64,000 nt of DNA from NCBI GenBank assembly GCA_963701295.1, contig OY969585.1, positions 1,856,001 through 1,920,000 of the forward strand, in the 5' to 3' direction. Shown here in pieces: positions 49,342 through 60,476 of the stretch. A program made the position numbers and the translations under genes. Numbering within the stretch: position 1 is the first letter of the stretch; each line of letters starts with the position of its first letter. The notes beneath the pieces are model-generated. The model was not told the DNA's origin and searched no databases. It worked only from the letters and a program-made list of their open reading frames with translations. The DNA comes from Ignavibacteriota bacterium. Its GTDB lineage: Bacteria > Bacteroidota > Ignavibacteria > UBA10030.

Positions 49342-52300
49342 TGGCAAACGGAAAGTACATGAAAATGGAAAAGAAACTTACATTGCTCGAAAGGCTTCTG
49401 CGGTACAAACAGGTGCTGTATATTTTTTCTGTGATCGCCGTTCTTATAGGAGTTGTGGCCCTCTTCCAGATGCCGCGCGATGAATATCCAACATTTACTG
49501 TACCAACAGGTCTCATCGTTGGTGTGTTCCCTGGTGCCTCTTCTCATCAGGTAGAAGAACAATTGACAGCTAAAGTAGAGAATTATCTGTTCCAGTATAA
49601 GTCGGTTGATCGCTCCAAGACGTATTCCGTTTCAAAAGAGAACGTCATGCTCATTTACGTTCAGGTCTCAGATGCTGAAAAGGATAAAGATGGATTTTGG
49701 GCGAAATTGCGCCATGGCTTGAATGATTTGAAAGTAGAACTGCCTGCCGGAGTAACTTCTTTGACAGCGGATAATGATTTCGGTAGTACGTCTGCAATGC
49801 TGCTTGCCGTTCAGTCTGAGACAAAGACATATAAAGAACTTGAAAATTATATTAAATCTTTTGAAGACGATGTTCGTAAAGTACCGTCGGTCTCTAAAGT
49901 AAAACATTACGGCCTACAGAAAGAACAAATCAGTATTTACATGGATGATGCCAAGCTCGCTAATTATGGCATAAAACCTATTCAGGTCCTTATTGCTCTT
50001 AAGCCGCAAAGCACCGTAAATTATGTGGGGGAGATAGATGATGGTAAATATGTGCGTCCGATCCATATTACCTCAAACCTTAAAACCGAACAGGATGTAG
50101 CCAGCCAAATTATTTATTCCGATCCGCAAGGCAATGTTGTACGCGTCAAGGATATTGCAAAAGTAGTGCGTGAATATGAGGATATGGATTCCTATATCCG
50201 TGTCAACGGAAAAAAATGCCTGCTTGTTTCGCTTGAAATGAAATCAGGGGAGAATATTGTCCAATTTGGTGATGCAGTACAAAAAGCCATTGATAAGTTC
50301 TCTGTCATACTTCCACCTGATATAAAGATCATCACTATTTCCAATATCCCCAATGTCGTGTCGAAAGCTATTGCAAATTTTCTCAAAGAATTTGCCATTG
50401 CAATGTTAGCTGTAATATTGGTTACTGTCCTTCTGCTTCCATTAAGAGTTGCCCGTATTGCGGCAATGTCAATTCCAACTTCTATACTGACAGCTATCGG
50501 GATCATGTGGATAAATGGAATAGAGCTGCAAACCGTTTCACTAGCAGGTTTAATTATTGTCCTTGGTATCACTGTGGATGATGCTATCGTTATAGTCGAT
50601 AATTATATAGAGAAGTTGGATCAGGGTATGACCCCGTTCGATGCTGGAACAAAAAGTGTAACCCAGCTCTTTAGTTCCGTGCTTTCCGCTACGCTTATTA
50701 TCATAGCGTGTTTTTTGCCGATGCCGATATTTATGACCGGTCAGGGTGGAGATTTTATCCAATCACTTCCGACGACCATTATGTATGCATTGCTCATATC
50801 ATTGCTGCTTTCAGTCTCTATTATACCCTTGTTAAGTTACACATTCATTAAAACAGGTATAAAAGGTAATTCATTTAAAAAAGGGAAAGTGACATTTCTC
50901 GATAGACTTCAGAAATTTTATAACGGACTTCTTGAGAAAGCGTTTAAAAGGAAAAAACTGGTGGTCCTTGCAGGTGGTCTTTCGTTCATCACAGGACTTG
51001 CATTGATTGCGGTTACTCCGCAGCAGTCATTCCCAAAACTTGAAAGGAACCAGTTTGCAGTGGAAGTATTTCTGCCCATCGGAAGTTCTCTGCAAAAAAC
51101 AGATTCTGTTATCACAGATCTTGAGGGAATACTTCAAAAAGACTCGCGCGTTCAAGTCGTGACGTCATTTATTGGAACAAGCTCACCACGTTTTAATGCT
51201 CTCTATGCACCCAATTTTCCTGCAAAGAATTATGGTCAATTGGTTGTGGTCACGGAATCGAACAAGGCTACAGTTGAAATTCTCGACGAGTACAGCAAGA
51301 AATTGGAAGGCAAATATCCCCTTGCCAATATAAAATGGAAGCAATTGGCTTTCGAAATATTCAAGGCTCCAATTGAGATCCGTATTTCGGGAGACAGCAT
51401 CCAAACCAACAAACAGACAGCAAATCGTGTCTCTGATATTTTGCGGCAATTCAAGGATCTCGAATTCATACGCACTGATTATGAACAACCTTTGCAATCT
51501 GCCGATCTGGTCGTAAGGAGAGATGAAGCAGCGCGGATTGGTTATTCGAATTCGCTTCTGGCTTATTCGCTTATGGTGGGAACCAAAGGATTCCCGATCT
51601 CAACCGTATGGGAAGGAGATTATCCCGTTATTGTGAAGTTAAAAATCAATAAAAAGATCAAATCCAGTCCCAGTGATATCATGAATCAATATGTGACCTC
51701 TCCATTTATGTTCTCCTCTGTTCCGGTTCGTCAGTTGGCAACAATAAAGCCAGGTTGGACAGAAGGAGAAATTGTGCGGCGTAACGGAGTACGAACCATA
51801 ACTGTTTTTGCAGAAATAAAAAGAGGATTACTTCCTGCAACGATATTTAGTAAAATCAAACCTCTTGTCGATAAAATGGACTTGCCTCCCGGCGTTTCGA
51901 TCGAATACGGCGGCGATTATCAAATGAGCATTGAGAATATTACGCCGATGTACTATTCACTTATAGTAAGTATCACCCTGATATTTCTTATCCTTATGTT
52001 TCAATTCAAGAATATTAAAACAACGCTTTTGATCATGGTGACGCTCCCGCTAAGTGTCTTCGGCGTCGCGTTTGGTGTGTTTGTAACAGGATATCCATTC
52101 GGGACAACGGCGTTTATTGGATTGATCGGCTTAATGGGAATCGTTGTACGAAATGGAGTAATATTTGTTTCGTATGCAGAAGAACTTCGTTACGAGCATG
52201 GACATTCATTAGAAGAAGCGGCGATCTCGGCAGGTAAGAGAAGAATGCGTCCGATATTTCTTACTTCGGCCGCTGCCGCAGTAGGCGTTATTCCGATGAT

Positions 52301-52454
52301 TGTGAGCGGTTCTTCGCTGTGGGGACCGCTTGGTACTGTAATATGTTTCGGGCTGCTTTTTGCACTTGTGCTCTCATTGCTGGTGCTGCCCGTGCTGTAC
52401 TATTTGTTCCACAGAAAAGATTTTGAAAAAGTTGAAGAAAGTGAGACACTATGA
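49341..52454 (+). CDS. RND efflux permease (AcrB-like)
   Basis: PRDEYP, GITVDDAIVIVDN, GIVVRNG, RMRPIFLTS; 1037 aa. Confidence 0.93.
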   Translation: MANGKYMKMEKKLTLLERLLRYKQVLYIFSVIAVLIGVVALFQMPRDEYPTFTVPTGLIVGVFPGASSHQVEEQLTAKVENYLFQYKSVDRSKTYSVSKENVMLIYVQVSDAEKDKDGFWAKLRHGLNDLKVELPAGVTSLTADNDFGSTSAMLLAVQSETKTYKELENYIKSFEDDVRKVPSVSKVKHYGLQKEQISIYMDDAKLANYGIKPIQVLIALKPQSTVNYVGEIDDGKYVRPIHITSNLKTEQDVASQIIYSDPQGNVVRVKDIAKVVREYEDMDSYIRVNGKKCLLVSLEMKSGENIVQFGDAVQKAIDKFSVILPPDIKIITISNIPNVVSKAIANFLKEFAIAMLAVILVTVLLLPLRVARIAAMSIPTSILTAIGIMWINGIELQTVSLAGLIIVLGITVDDAIVIVDNYIEKLDQGMTPFDAGTKSVTQLFSSVLSATLIIIACFLPMPIFMTGQGGDFIQSLPTTIMYALLISLLLSVSIIPLLSYTFIKTGIKGNSFKKGKVTFLDRLQKFYNGLLEKAFKRKKLVVLAGGLSFITGLALIAVTPQQSFPKLERNQFAVEVFLPIGSSLQKTDSVITDLEGILQKDSRVQVVTSFIGTSSPRFNALYAPNFPAKNYGQLVVVTESNKATVEILDEYSKKLEGKYPLANIKWKQLAFEIFKAPIEIRISGDSIQTNKQTANRVSDILRQFKDLEFIRTDYEQPLQSADLVVRRDEAARIGYSNSLLAYSLMVGTKGFPISTVWEGDYPVIVKLKINKKIKSSPSDIMNQYVTSPFMFSSVPVRQLATIKPGWTEGEIVRRNGVRTITVFAEIKRGLLPATIFSKIKPLVDKMDLPPGVSIEYGGDYQMSIENITPMYYSLIVSITLIFLILMFQFKNIKTTLLIMVTLPLSVFGVAFGVFVTGYPFGTTAFIGLIGLMGIVVRNGVIFVSYAEELRYEHGHSLEEAAISAGKRRMRPIFLTSAAAAVGVIPMIVSGSSLWGPLGTVICFGLLFALVLSLLVLPVLYYLFHRKDFEKVEESETL

Positions 52455-53794
52455 AAAAGTATATTATAATTTGCTTGATCTGGATATGTGCGTTTCCTGT
52501 TTTTGCTCAGCGAGCGTTGACATTGGACGAAAGCAAACAGCTTGCACTGCAGAACAACGCTAAGATAAAAAATGGCGCGCTGGAAATAGAGTCAACGCAG
52601 CAAACAAAAAAGGCAGCGTTCACAAATTTCTTTCCATCAATCAGTGCCAGCGGAGCAATGTTTGAAGCGCAGAAGAACTTAATGGAAATATCTACGCAAG
52701 GCGGTAATCTTCCTATCTATGATGGAAAAGACCTTGCTGCTCTTTCTACGGCAACACAGTTTGCGTATATGCCGGCTTCAACTATGGGATTGCTGAAATC
52801 GGGAACGTTCGGTATGGTTACGGCCGTGCAGCCGATCTTTGCCGGTGGCAGAATCTGGAATGGCAATAAACTTGCGTCACTGGGCGAAGATATCAGCGAG
52901 TACAAGAACCGGCTTTCCCGAAACGAAGTGATTCTGAAGACAGAAGAACAGTATTGGTTGGTGGTATCATTGAATGAAAAATTCAAAACCATACAACGAT
53001 ATGAAGAACTGTTAAACGATTTATTAGCGCAAGTAGAAGATGCTTATAAATCCGGTGTGGCAATGAAAAACGATCTGCTCAAGGTAAAAGTGAAGCGTAG
53101 TGAAGTTCTTCTCAATAAATCAAAATTGGAAAATGGCCGAAAACTCGCAACAATGGCGTTTTGCCAGTATATCGGCATCCCGTTCGATTCGGCATTGGTG
53201 TTAAAGGACTCGTTAGTGGTAAATCAACTTCCTCAAACATATTTCATCGATCATTCTGCGGCACTTAACAATAGATCGGAATATCATTTGTTGCAAGCAT
53301 CTGTACGAGCAGAGGAATTACAGACCAATATAAAACTTGGAGAGTATTTACCACAAGCCGGTATCGGCGTGAGCGGCCTGTATATGAAGTTGGATGAAGG
53401 AAAAGATCGAACTATTGGAATGGTTTTTGGTACTGTTTCTATTCCGATTTCTGATTGGTGGAGTGCATCGCACACTCTGCAGGAGCAGAGCATTAAAGAA
53501 CAGATTGCGCAGAACATGATGAAGGACAACTCGGAATTACTGCTGCTGCAAATGCAAAAAGCTTGGCAAGATTTATCCGATGCATACAAACAATTATTAT
53601 TGAGTGAAGAAGCAAAAGCGCAGGCAGAAGAAAATCTAAAAGTGAACCAAGATAGTTTTAATAATGGTATGAGCAATCTTTCTGATTTACTGGAAGCGCA
53701 GGCGCTGCTGCAGCAGATGAATGATCAGTTGATAGATGCCAGGGCAGGATATCGAAGTAAGCAGATTATGTACTTGCAGGTAACAGGAAGATAG
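52451..53794 (+). CDS. TolC-family outer membrane efflux protein
   Basis: Signal peptide, ALQNN, FFPSIS, QPIFAGG, SIPISDW, DLLEAQ. Confidence 0.9.
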   Translation: MKKYIIICLIWICAFPVFAQRALTLDESKQLALQNNAKIKNGALEIESTQQTKKAAFTNFFPSISASGAMFEAQKNLMEISTQGGNLPIYDGKDLAALSTATQFAYMPASTMGLLKSGTFGMVTAVQPIFAGGRIWNGNKLASLGEDISEYKNRLSRNEVILKTEEQYWLVVSLNEKFKTIQRYEELLNDLLAQVEDAYKSGVAMKNDLLKVKVKRSEVLLNKSKLENGRKLATMAFCQYIGIPFDSALVLKDSLVVNQLPQTYFIDHSAALNNRSEYHLLQASVRAEELQTNIKLGEYLPQAGIGVSGLYMKLDEGKDRTIGMVFGTVSIPISDWWSASHTLQEQSIKEQIAQNMMKDNSELLLLQMQKAWQDLSDAYKQLLLSEEAKAQAEENLKVNQDSFNNGMSNLSDLLEAQALLQQMNDQLIDARAGYRSKQIMYLQVTGR

Positions 53795-53869
53795 CCGTCT
53801 ATTTTCATATTCTATATTTTATTTTTTGCACAAGTTTAAGTCGTAGGTTTGTATCGGGGTGAAGAAAAT

Positions 53870-53904
53870 AAAAAGGCGAATTCAAAACGGATTCGCCTTT
53901 TTTT
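53870..53904. terminator. Bidirectional intrinsic terminator between the tolC-like gene and tRNA-Met
   Basis: AAAAAGGCGAAT...ATTCGCCTTTTTTT. Confidence 0.8.
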
Positions 53905-53905
53905 G

Positions 53906-53979
53906 TAGCGGGGGAGGGATTCGAACCCACGACCTGCGGATTATGATTCCGACGCTCTAACCAGCTGAGCTACCCCGCC
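53906..53979 (-). tRNA. tRNA-Met (CAT), elongator-type
   Basis: Reverse complement GGCGGGG-TA-GCTC..GAGC-G-TCGGA-ATCATAA-TCCGC-AGGTC-GTGGG-TTCGAAT-CCCTC-CCCCGCT-A; CCA not encoded. Confidence 0.9.
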
Positions 53980-54238
53980 ATTTGAAATTGACGATTTTGA
54001 AATTTCAGATTGAAGATTTATAAGAACCGATCCAACGACTTTCATCCATTGTCATATTGATAGATGAAAAAGAAGGTGGAAAAACCCGCCTCAAAGATAC
54101 TTTAACAATATAAAAAAAAATGCAGGCATCTGCAATGAGAATTTCTTCAATGTACTTATTGGATAGAATCGATTTATAAAATAAATCGAAGAGATGAATC
54201 ACGCTTTCTCATGTTCTATGATGACTTTCTCAGCTTCT

Positions 54239-55315
54239 TCACTTAAACATCCAGAGCAAATAGCCGTAGCCATCCTTTTCCAGCTCTTCCTTCGGGATGA
54301 AGCGAAGAGAAGCGGAGTTGATACAGTACCGTAAATGTGTTGGTATTGGTCCATCATTGAAGACATGACCCAAATGTGAATCGCCGTTCTTACTTCGCAC
54401 TTCAATTCGTTCCATCGGCAATGAGGCGTCTTTTTTCTTAATGAGGAATCTTGGGTCAATTGGCTTCGTAAAACTCGGCCAGCCTGTTCCCGAGTCAAAT
54501 TTGTCGTTGGAACTGAACAACGGTTCTCCAGAGACGATATCAACATAAATTCCTTCTTTATGATTATTCCAATAGGCATTGTGAAAAGGAGGTTCTGTGC
54601 CGCACTGTTCTGTTACTTGATATTGCAGATCGGTTAAATTCTTTTTCAATTCTTCTTTTTTAGGTTTCTTATATTTTTCTAATCCAATCTCTCCCCAGAC
54701 CGCTTTAATGTATCGGTCTCTCCCTGAGGCGCTTCTATAACTATAATATCGAGTTGGATTTTTTTTACAATATTGTTGATGATAACTTTCCGCAGGATAA
54801 AATTTCGAAGCTTTAATAATTTTTGATGCAATAGGTTTATCGAAAATGCCTGATTGTTCAAGTTCCTTTTTTGATGAATCTGCAATGGTTCTCTGCTTGT
54901 CATTATGATAGAATATTGCGGATTGGTATTGGGAGCCTCGGTCCACAAACGAACCGCCTTCATCTGTTGGATCGATTTGCCGCCAAAAAATATCAACAAG
55001 TTCTGAATAACTGATAATATCAGGATCGAAGGAAATCTGAACAGCTTCATAATGCCCGCTTGTGCCGGAACATACTTCTTCGTATGTCGGATTCAGTGTT
55101 TTCCCGCCAGTATATCCGGAAGTAACACTCTTGACGCCATCCAGTTCGCTGAATGCTGCATCTGTACACCAAAAGCAACCTCCAGCGAACGTTGCAGTAT
55201 CGAGTCCTTTATCGTTTTGAGGTACTATTTGTGTTTCCATAACTTTTAAGTCAGTTTTAGCGCAACATGAAAGAAAAGGGAGAATCATTGTAAACAGCAA
55301 CGTTAGTTTTTTCAT
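54239..55315 (-). CDS. msrAB: Bifunctional peptide-methionine sulfoxide reductase MsrA/MsrB, probably exported
   Basis: [34 protein letters not shown]; N-terminal signal/lipobox-like FLSC. Confidence 0.95.
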   Translation of the reverse strand: MKKLTLLFTMILPFLSCCAKTDLKVMETQIVPQNDKGLDTATFAGGCFWCTDAAFSELDGVKSVTSGYTGGKTLNPTYEEVCSGTSGHYEAVQISFDPDIISYSELVDIFWRQIDPTDEGGSFVDRGSQYQSAIFYHNDKQRTIADSSKKELEQSGIFDKPIASKIIKASKFYPAESYHQQYCKKNPTRYYSYRSASGRDRYIKAVWGEIGLEKYKKPKKEELKKNLTDLQYQVTEQCGTEPPFHNAYWNNHKEGIYVDIVSGEPLFSSNDKFDSGTGWPSFTKPIDPRFLIKKKDASLPMERIEVRSKNGDSHLGHVFNDGPIPTHLRYCINSASLRFIPKEELEKDGYGYLLWMFK

Positions 55316-55500
55316 TTATTCCATTCCGGACTAGGTTCACAAAATAAATTTCTCATTTCCAAGATTTAAACAATCGAATCCAAAGATAAGTTTCGTTGCT
55401 TTCTTTGTCATAAATTGGTTTACGTTCTTGCGCAACCCTTAGGAAGGATGTTCGTATATTTTAAAGGGGAAAATGGATCGTCAACCTCTTACATACCGAC

Positions 55501-56658
55501 TTGATCAAAATGGACCAGCGGCGAGTGACGTACTATCCTGCTATTGGGAAATTTACAGATCAAGTTCTGGTAAAATCTGAAGAGTCGATTGCTCCCATTG
55601 CTCAATCATATCGACGTTACATTATTGATTATGAATTGGAAATCCCTCGTTCGGAAGAAGAATATATATTCGAACTTTTAAATTTCGGCATCCTCTGGCG
55701 TGCGTATGGTCACAAAGCTCTTTCAGTCAAGATTGCTCCATTCCGTCTGCTTTCTGCTCTCGGTGATTGGCGCAGGAAGCATCAACATCTCAAGTGTGCC
55801 ATTGATCTCCTGCGCGGTATATTGATGTCATGTTTTCTCGTTCCTGATATGGTAAACCGAATGGAACATGCACCACAGAATCTACATGAGATTGGACGGT
55901 TTGTTGAGTGGCTGGAAGCGACAGGAGATTTCCGGGAAGATGCATTTCGTCTTATCAGGTGGATAGGATTTTGGGGAACACAAACACGCATCCAATTTTT
56001 AAAAATAATGGAAACAACGCTTGCATTGAGTGATTGGTTTGAAAAAGAGAGTCTTCGCAGTATGGGCAGCTTCACTCCAAATGTGGATGTGTTCATTGTG
56101 AAGAATAAAAATTTTTATAAATGGCGCGAAGATCGATTCTCTTGTCTTCGTTCACGCGTCGAATATCATCTAAATATGATTGGTGCTGAAATTATGAACC
56201 GTGCATTTCGGAGGGAATTTCTTGTTGCCGAGCGAAAGACCGTACTCGTTCCGGGATGTATGCGCATCCGCTCTGCGGAAAAATGCGAAGGAACAAAAAT
56301 ATATGATGGTGTGAGATGTTCCGGCTGCGAATCGAAATGTCATGTCAATCAACTCCGTTTACTCGGATTGAAACAAAACTTCGATGTGTGTGTTATGCCG
56401 CATTCGACCGATTTATCGCACTGGACTGCAAAACCCGGATCTCCTTCCATTGCTGTTGTTGGTGTTGCATGTCTCTCTGTCTTAATGCAGGGAGGATGGG
56501 AACTGAAGCGGTACAATGTACCTGCTCAATGTGTACTGCTCAATCAGTCCGGGTGCAAAAAACATTGGGATCGGGTAGGTTTCCCTACGGAATTAGATAT
56601 ACGGGAATTGAAGCGGGTCATAAACGTTCGATCTTCTGCATCAGTCGTTTTATCCTAA
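55501..56658 (+). CDS. DUF116-like Cys-rich protein with long N-terminal extension
   Basis: VPGCMR..C..CSGC..C, VGVAC, AQCVLL..GC pattern. Confidence 0.7.
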   Translation: MIKMDQRRVTYYPAIGKFTDQVLVKSEESIAPIAQSYRRYIIDYELEIPRSEEEYIFELLNFGILWRAYGHKALSVKIAPFRLLSALGDWRRKHQHLKCAIDLLRGILMSCFLVPDMVNRMEHAPQNLHEIGRFVEWLEATGDFREDAFRLIRWIGFWGTQTRIQFLKIMETTLALSDWFEKESLRSMGSFTPNVDVFIVKNKNFYKWREDRFSCLRSRVEYHLNMIGAEIMNRAFRREFLVAERKTVLVPGCMRIRSAEKCEGTKIYDGVRCSGCESKCHVNQLRLLGLKQNFDVCVMPHSTDLSHWTAKPGSPSIAVVGVACLSVLMQGGWELKRYNVPAQCVLLNQSGCKKHWDRVGFPTELDIRELKRVINVRSSASVVLS

Positions 56659-56761
56659 CAGTATTTCCAACCACATGCATTTATCGCAGAGGCTTAAGAC
56701 ATTGAACCTCTGGGTTTTTGGAATGTTCTTTTGATTAATAGAAAAGAGAAAGAAAAATACT

Positions 56762-57385
56762 TCAGAATCCGACGAGGCCTTTCCAAAAGGCAAATGCACC
56801 GAAAAGTATTAAGAGGGTACCGGCAATTTTATTTACAAGAGCGAGTCCGTTAGCGGTTATTTTTTCTCTGAAGAAATGAACAAGAGCAGTGAGCAATGTA
56901 AACCAACTTAATGAACCGAGGAAAACGCCAGTAACGAGAAATGTTCCAGACCAGTTGTCACCTATAATTTTATTAAGTCCGACACCTGCAAAAACAGCAG
57001 CGAAGGCGAACAAGGTCATAGGATTAGTCAATGTAAGGAGAAATGTAGAGATAAACGCACGCACATGCTTATTTGTCCCATTTATTGGCGTATCTGTTGA
57101 GGCGTGCGAGTGAAACGTGCGATACCCAAGTATCATGAGAAGAACTCCTCCTGCAAGGCGAAGCCAATGTTGCTGATTGGAGATAAAATCGGAGATGAGT
57201 GTTACACCGAACGCAGCCACGATACCGTAGAGCATATCTGCACATGCCGCACTTAATCCCACAATGAGGCCTCGTTTACTCCCGTTAGCAATTGTTCGTC
57301 GGATGCAAAGAACTCCAACTGGCCCGACAGGTGCCGCCAGAGAGAAGCCTATTACAAGGCCTTCAAGAAGAAATATAAAGTTCAT
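56762..57385 (-). CDS. LysE-family translocator
   Basis: AAPVGPVGVLCIRRT, ADMLYG, LTLTNP; likely start MNFIF at 57385. Confidence 0.88.
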   Translation of the reverse strand: MNFIFLLEGLVIGFSLAAPVGPVGVLCIRRTIANGSKRGLIVGLSAACADMLYGIVAAFGVTLISDFISNQQHWLRLAGGVLLMILGYRTFHSHASTDTPINGTNKHVRAFISTFLLTLTNPMTLFAFAAVFAGVGLNKIIGDNWSGTFLVTGVFLGSLSWFTLLTALVHFFREKITANGLALVNKIAGTLLILFGAFAFWKGLVGF

Positions 57386-57562
57386 GCGTTGTGCTTCATG
57401 AAAATTGCCTGAGATAGTGCTGTTCGCATAATATAATAAGATAAGTTTTCGAAAATCCATAGAGAAAAATTGAGAATGCTATGATGGTAATGAAGTATCC
57501 GGTACTGATCAGAATTGTATTTCAATCATTTTTTTGCTATTATTTTATGTGTGACACAATGG

Positions 57563-57637
<75 letters not shown>

Positions 57638-57711
57638 CGTTTATAAAGCGAAAGTGCAAGGAGGAAAAGCAACATAACGCTTTATCCTTCATATGTGAGA
57701 TATTTACTTTC

Positions 57712-57737
57712 AGTCGGACGTTAGTCCGATTTTTTTT
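57712..57737 (+). terminator. Terminator-like hairpin between tRNA-Val and thrS
   Basis: AGTCGGAC-GTTA-GTCCGATT followed by a T-run. Confidence 0.6.
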
Positions 57738-57743
57738 ACTTTC

Positions 57744-59684
57744 ATGAGCAAAATAAAGATCACATTCCCAGATGGGAATCAGAAAGAATTTGATCGGGAT
57801 ATCACAGGTAAGCAAATTGCCGAAGGTATCAGCAAAGGTCTGGCGAAAGAAGCACTTGCCGTTGAAGTGAACGGAGAAGTGTGGGATCTCAGCAGACCGA
57901 TAAGCCAAGATGCATCTTTCAAGATTCTCAAATGGTCTGACGATGGTGGTAAAGTTGCCTATTGGCATAGCTCTGCTCATTTAATGGCGGAAGCTGTCGA
58001 GACTTTGTACCCGGGCGCAAAATTCGGTATTGGTCCTTCTATAGAAACTGGTTTTTATTATGACCTTGATTTAGGTGATCATAATCTTACCAAAGATGAT
58101 CTCCAGAAGATTGAAGAGAAGATGAACGAGCTTGCCAATCGTGATGTTCCGTATGTTCGTGAAGAAAAAAGATGGGAAGATGCAGTTGAGTATTTTAAAT
58201 CGAAAGGCGATCAGTACAAACTTGAATTGCTAGATGAGTTTAAGGGGCAAGCCATCAGCTTCTATCATCAAGGCACTTTCACCGATCTCTGCCGTGGACC
58301 GCATTTGCCTTCAACAGGGAAAATCAAAGCGATTAAGCTTCTCAGTGTCGCCGGCGCGTACTGGCGTGGGAATGAAAAAAACAAAATGATGCAGCGCATT
58401 TACGGCGTCACATTCCCAACTAAGAAAGAACTTGACGAGTATCTCTTCCGATTGGAAGAAGCGAAACGCCGCGACCATCGCAAGCTGGGTGCTGAGTTAG
58501 AGCTTTTTCTTTTAACGCCGAAAGTTGGCAGTGGTTTGCCGCTATGGCTTCCGAAAGGGACCATCATTCGCGAATCGCTTATCGAGTTTTTGCGGGATGA
58601 ACAGCGAAAACGCGGATATCAAAGCGTCGTGACTCCGCACATCGCGAATTTGGAATTGTACAAGACATCGGGTCATTATCCATATTATAAAGACTCGCAA
58701 TTTCCACCGATACTACTGGAAAATGGTGAAGCGTTTTTGTTAAAGCCGATGAACTGTCCGCATCACCATCAAATTTATTCGATGAAGCCGCGTTCGTATC
58801 GCGACTTGCCGGTTCGATTAGCAGAATTTGGGACTGTCTATCGCTATGAACAATCCGGTGAAATGAATGGACTGACACGCGTTCGCGGTTTTACTCAGGA
58901 TGATGCGCATATTTATTGTGCACATGATCAGTTAAAGGCGGAAATAAAGGCTACTATCGAGCTGACACAATTGGTATTTAAAACCTTTGGAATGGATGTA
59001 AAGATCCGCTTGTCATACCGTGATGACAAGAATACTGAAAAGTATGGCGGTGAAGCAGCATTCTGGGAGCAAGCTCAACGAGAAATTCGACAAGTGGCGG
59101 ATGAGATAAAACTTGATTACTTTATAGCACTAGGCGAAGCATCCTTCTATGGGCCGAAGATCGACTTTATGGTGAAGGATGCATTAAATCGTACTTGGCA
59201 GCTTGGCACGGTTCAGGTAGATTATGTCATGCCGGAACGGTTCCAGTTGGAGTACATCGGTCAGGATGGACAAAAGCACCGCCCGGTGATTATTCACCGC
59301 GCGCCGTTTGGATCCTTAGAACGATTCGTCGGCATTCTCATCGAGCATTTTGCAGGTGAGTTTCCAATGTGGCTTGCACCGACACAGGTTGCGGTTTTGC
59401 CTATCAGTGATGTCTTTTTAGAGTATGCACGGGAAGTGTATGAGATGTTGAAAGATTCCGGCGTGCGAGTTGAATTAGACGACCGTAATGAAAAGGTGGG
59501 ATACAAAATTCGAGATTGGGAAACGAAGAAAGTACCATTTATGCTTGTGGTTGGCGAGAAGGAAAAAGTCGGCGGTTTGGTTTCCGTACGTCTGCACAAG
59601 AAAGGTGATCAAGGGACAATGAAGCGGGAAGAATTTCAGACTCGTATTCTTGATATCATCAAAACAAGAGCACTCACAGTTTAG
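57744..59684 (+). CDS. thrS: Threonine--tRNA ligase
   Basis: HSSAHLMA, DLCRGPH, RDHRKLG, KPMNCP, RVRGFTQDDAH, IHRAPFGS. Confidence 0.98.
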   Translation: MSKIKITFPDGNQKEFDRDITGKQIAEGISKGLAKEALAVEVNGEVWDLSRPISQDASFKILKWSDDGGKVAYWHSSAHLMAEAVETLYPGAKFGIGPSIETGFYYDLDLGDHNLTKDDLQKIEEKMNELANRDVPYVREEKRWEDAVEYFKSKGDQYKLELLDEFKGQAISFYHQGTFTDLCRGPHLPSTGKIKAIKLLSVAGAYWRGNEKNKMMQRIYGVTFPTKKELDEYLFRLEEAKRRDHRKLGAELELFLLTPKVGSGLPLWLPKGTIIRESLIEFLRDEQRKRGYQSVVTPHIANLELYKTSGHYPYYKDSQFPPILLENGEAFLLKPMNCPHHHQIYSMKPRSYRDLPVRLAEFGTVYRYEQSGEMNGLTRVRGFTQDDAHIYCAHDQLKAEIKATIELTQLVFKTFGMDVKIRLSYRDDKNTEKYGGEAAFWEQAQREIRQVADEIKLDYFIALGEASFYGPKIDFMVKDALNRTWQLGTVQVDYVMPERFQLEYIGQDGQKHRPVIIHRAPFGSLERFVGILIEHFAGEFPMWLAPTQVAVLPISDVFLEYAREVYEMLKDSGVRVELDDRNEKVGYKIRDWETKKVPFMLVVGEKEKVGGLVSVRLHKKGDQGTMKREEFQTRILDIIKTRALTV

Positions 59685-59695
59685 GAGAAGAACCT

Positions 59696-60253
59696 ATTAA
59701 ACAAGATCGAGCACGCGTTAATTCTGAAATCAAAGCACCTCAGGTGCGTTTAATAACGGATGATGGAGAACAACTAGGTATTATGTCGATCAGTGATGCA
59801 CTCCGAGAGGCGCAAGGAAGGACGTCGGACTTGATTGAGATTGTGCCGAATGCAACTCCACCGGTTTGCAAGATCATGGATTTTGGAAAATACCGGTACG
59901 AGCAAGCGAAGCGAGAAAAGATTCAGAAAAAACATCAGCATGTAACACTTGTAAAGGAAGTTCGATTTCACCCAAATACGGATACTCATGACTTCGATTT
60001 TAAGACTCGGCATGCTCGTGAGTTTATTCTTGAAGGAAACAAAGTGAAAGCAACCGTGGTCTTTAAAGGGCGCGAGATTACCTATCAGGATCAAGGAAAA
60101 GAGTTGCTTGAGCGTTTCACCGAAGTAATGTCAGATATTGCCAAGATGGAACAAGAACCAAAGATGGAAGGACGGCAGATGGTGTCGTACTTTGTGCCGG
60201 AAAAAGGAAAGAAGAAAAGTTTAGAAGTAACCAAACAAACAACAGAGGAATAA
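59696..60253 (+). CDS. infC: Translation initiation factor IF-3 (ATT start)
   Basis: GGAG RBS then in-frame ATT-AAA-CAA giving IKQDRARVNSEIKAPQVRLI; PPVCKIMDFGK, FKGRE. Confidence 0.95.
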   Translation: MKQDRARVNSEIKAPQVRLITDDGEQLGIMSISDALREAQGRTSDLIEIVPNATPPVCKIMDFGKYRYEQAKREKIQKKHQHVTLVKEVRFHPNTDTHDFDFKTRHAREFILEGNKVKATVVFKGREITYQDQGKELLERFTEVMSDIAKMEQEPKMEGRQMVSYFVPEKGKKKSLEVTKQTTEE

Positions 60254-60259
60254 GAGCCT

Positions 60260-60454
60260 ATGCCGAAAATGAAAAGCAGGCGCAGCGCTGCCAAGACGTT
60301 TAAGGTCACTGCAACCGGAAAAATTAAGCGTCGGAAAGCGTTTCGCAGTCACATCCTGACCAGCAAGTCTACAAAGCGCAAGCGCCATTTACGCAAATCC
60401 GGTTTTGTTGCTGAAACCGAAGCGTATAAAGTGCGCAGATTTTTATTAGCATAA
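60260..60454 (+). CDS. rpmI: 50S ribosomal protein L35
   Basis: MPKMKS, F.VTATGKI, HILTSKS. Confidence 0.96.
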   Translation: MPKMKSRRSAAKTFKVTATGKIKRRKAFRSHILTSKSTKRKRHLRKSGFVAETEAYKVRRFLLA

Positions 60455-60476
60455 GTTTGAAAGAAAGGTAAAAGCA

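Noticed and set aside
53906-53979. tRNA(CAT) as a pseudogene or as tRNA-Ile2/initiator because of T-T and T-C stem mismatches
   Set aside because: All other conserved positions are intact, the distal att copy carries the same CCCTC, and the G1-T72/C3-G70 stem without three anticodon-stem G-C pairs fits elongator Met best
57638-57743. T-box or attenuator leader for thrS
   Set aside because: Too short and lacks the AAGGTGGxACC T-box motif; only a terminator-like hairpin is evident
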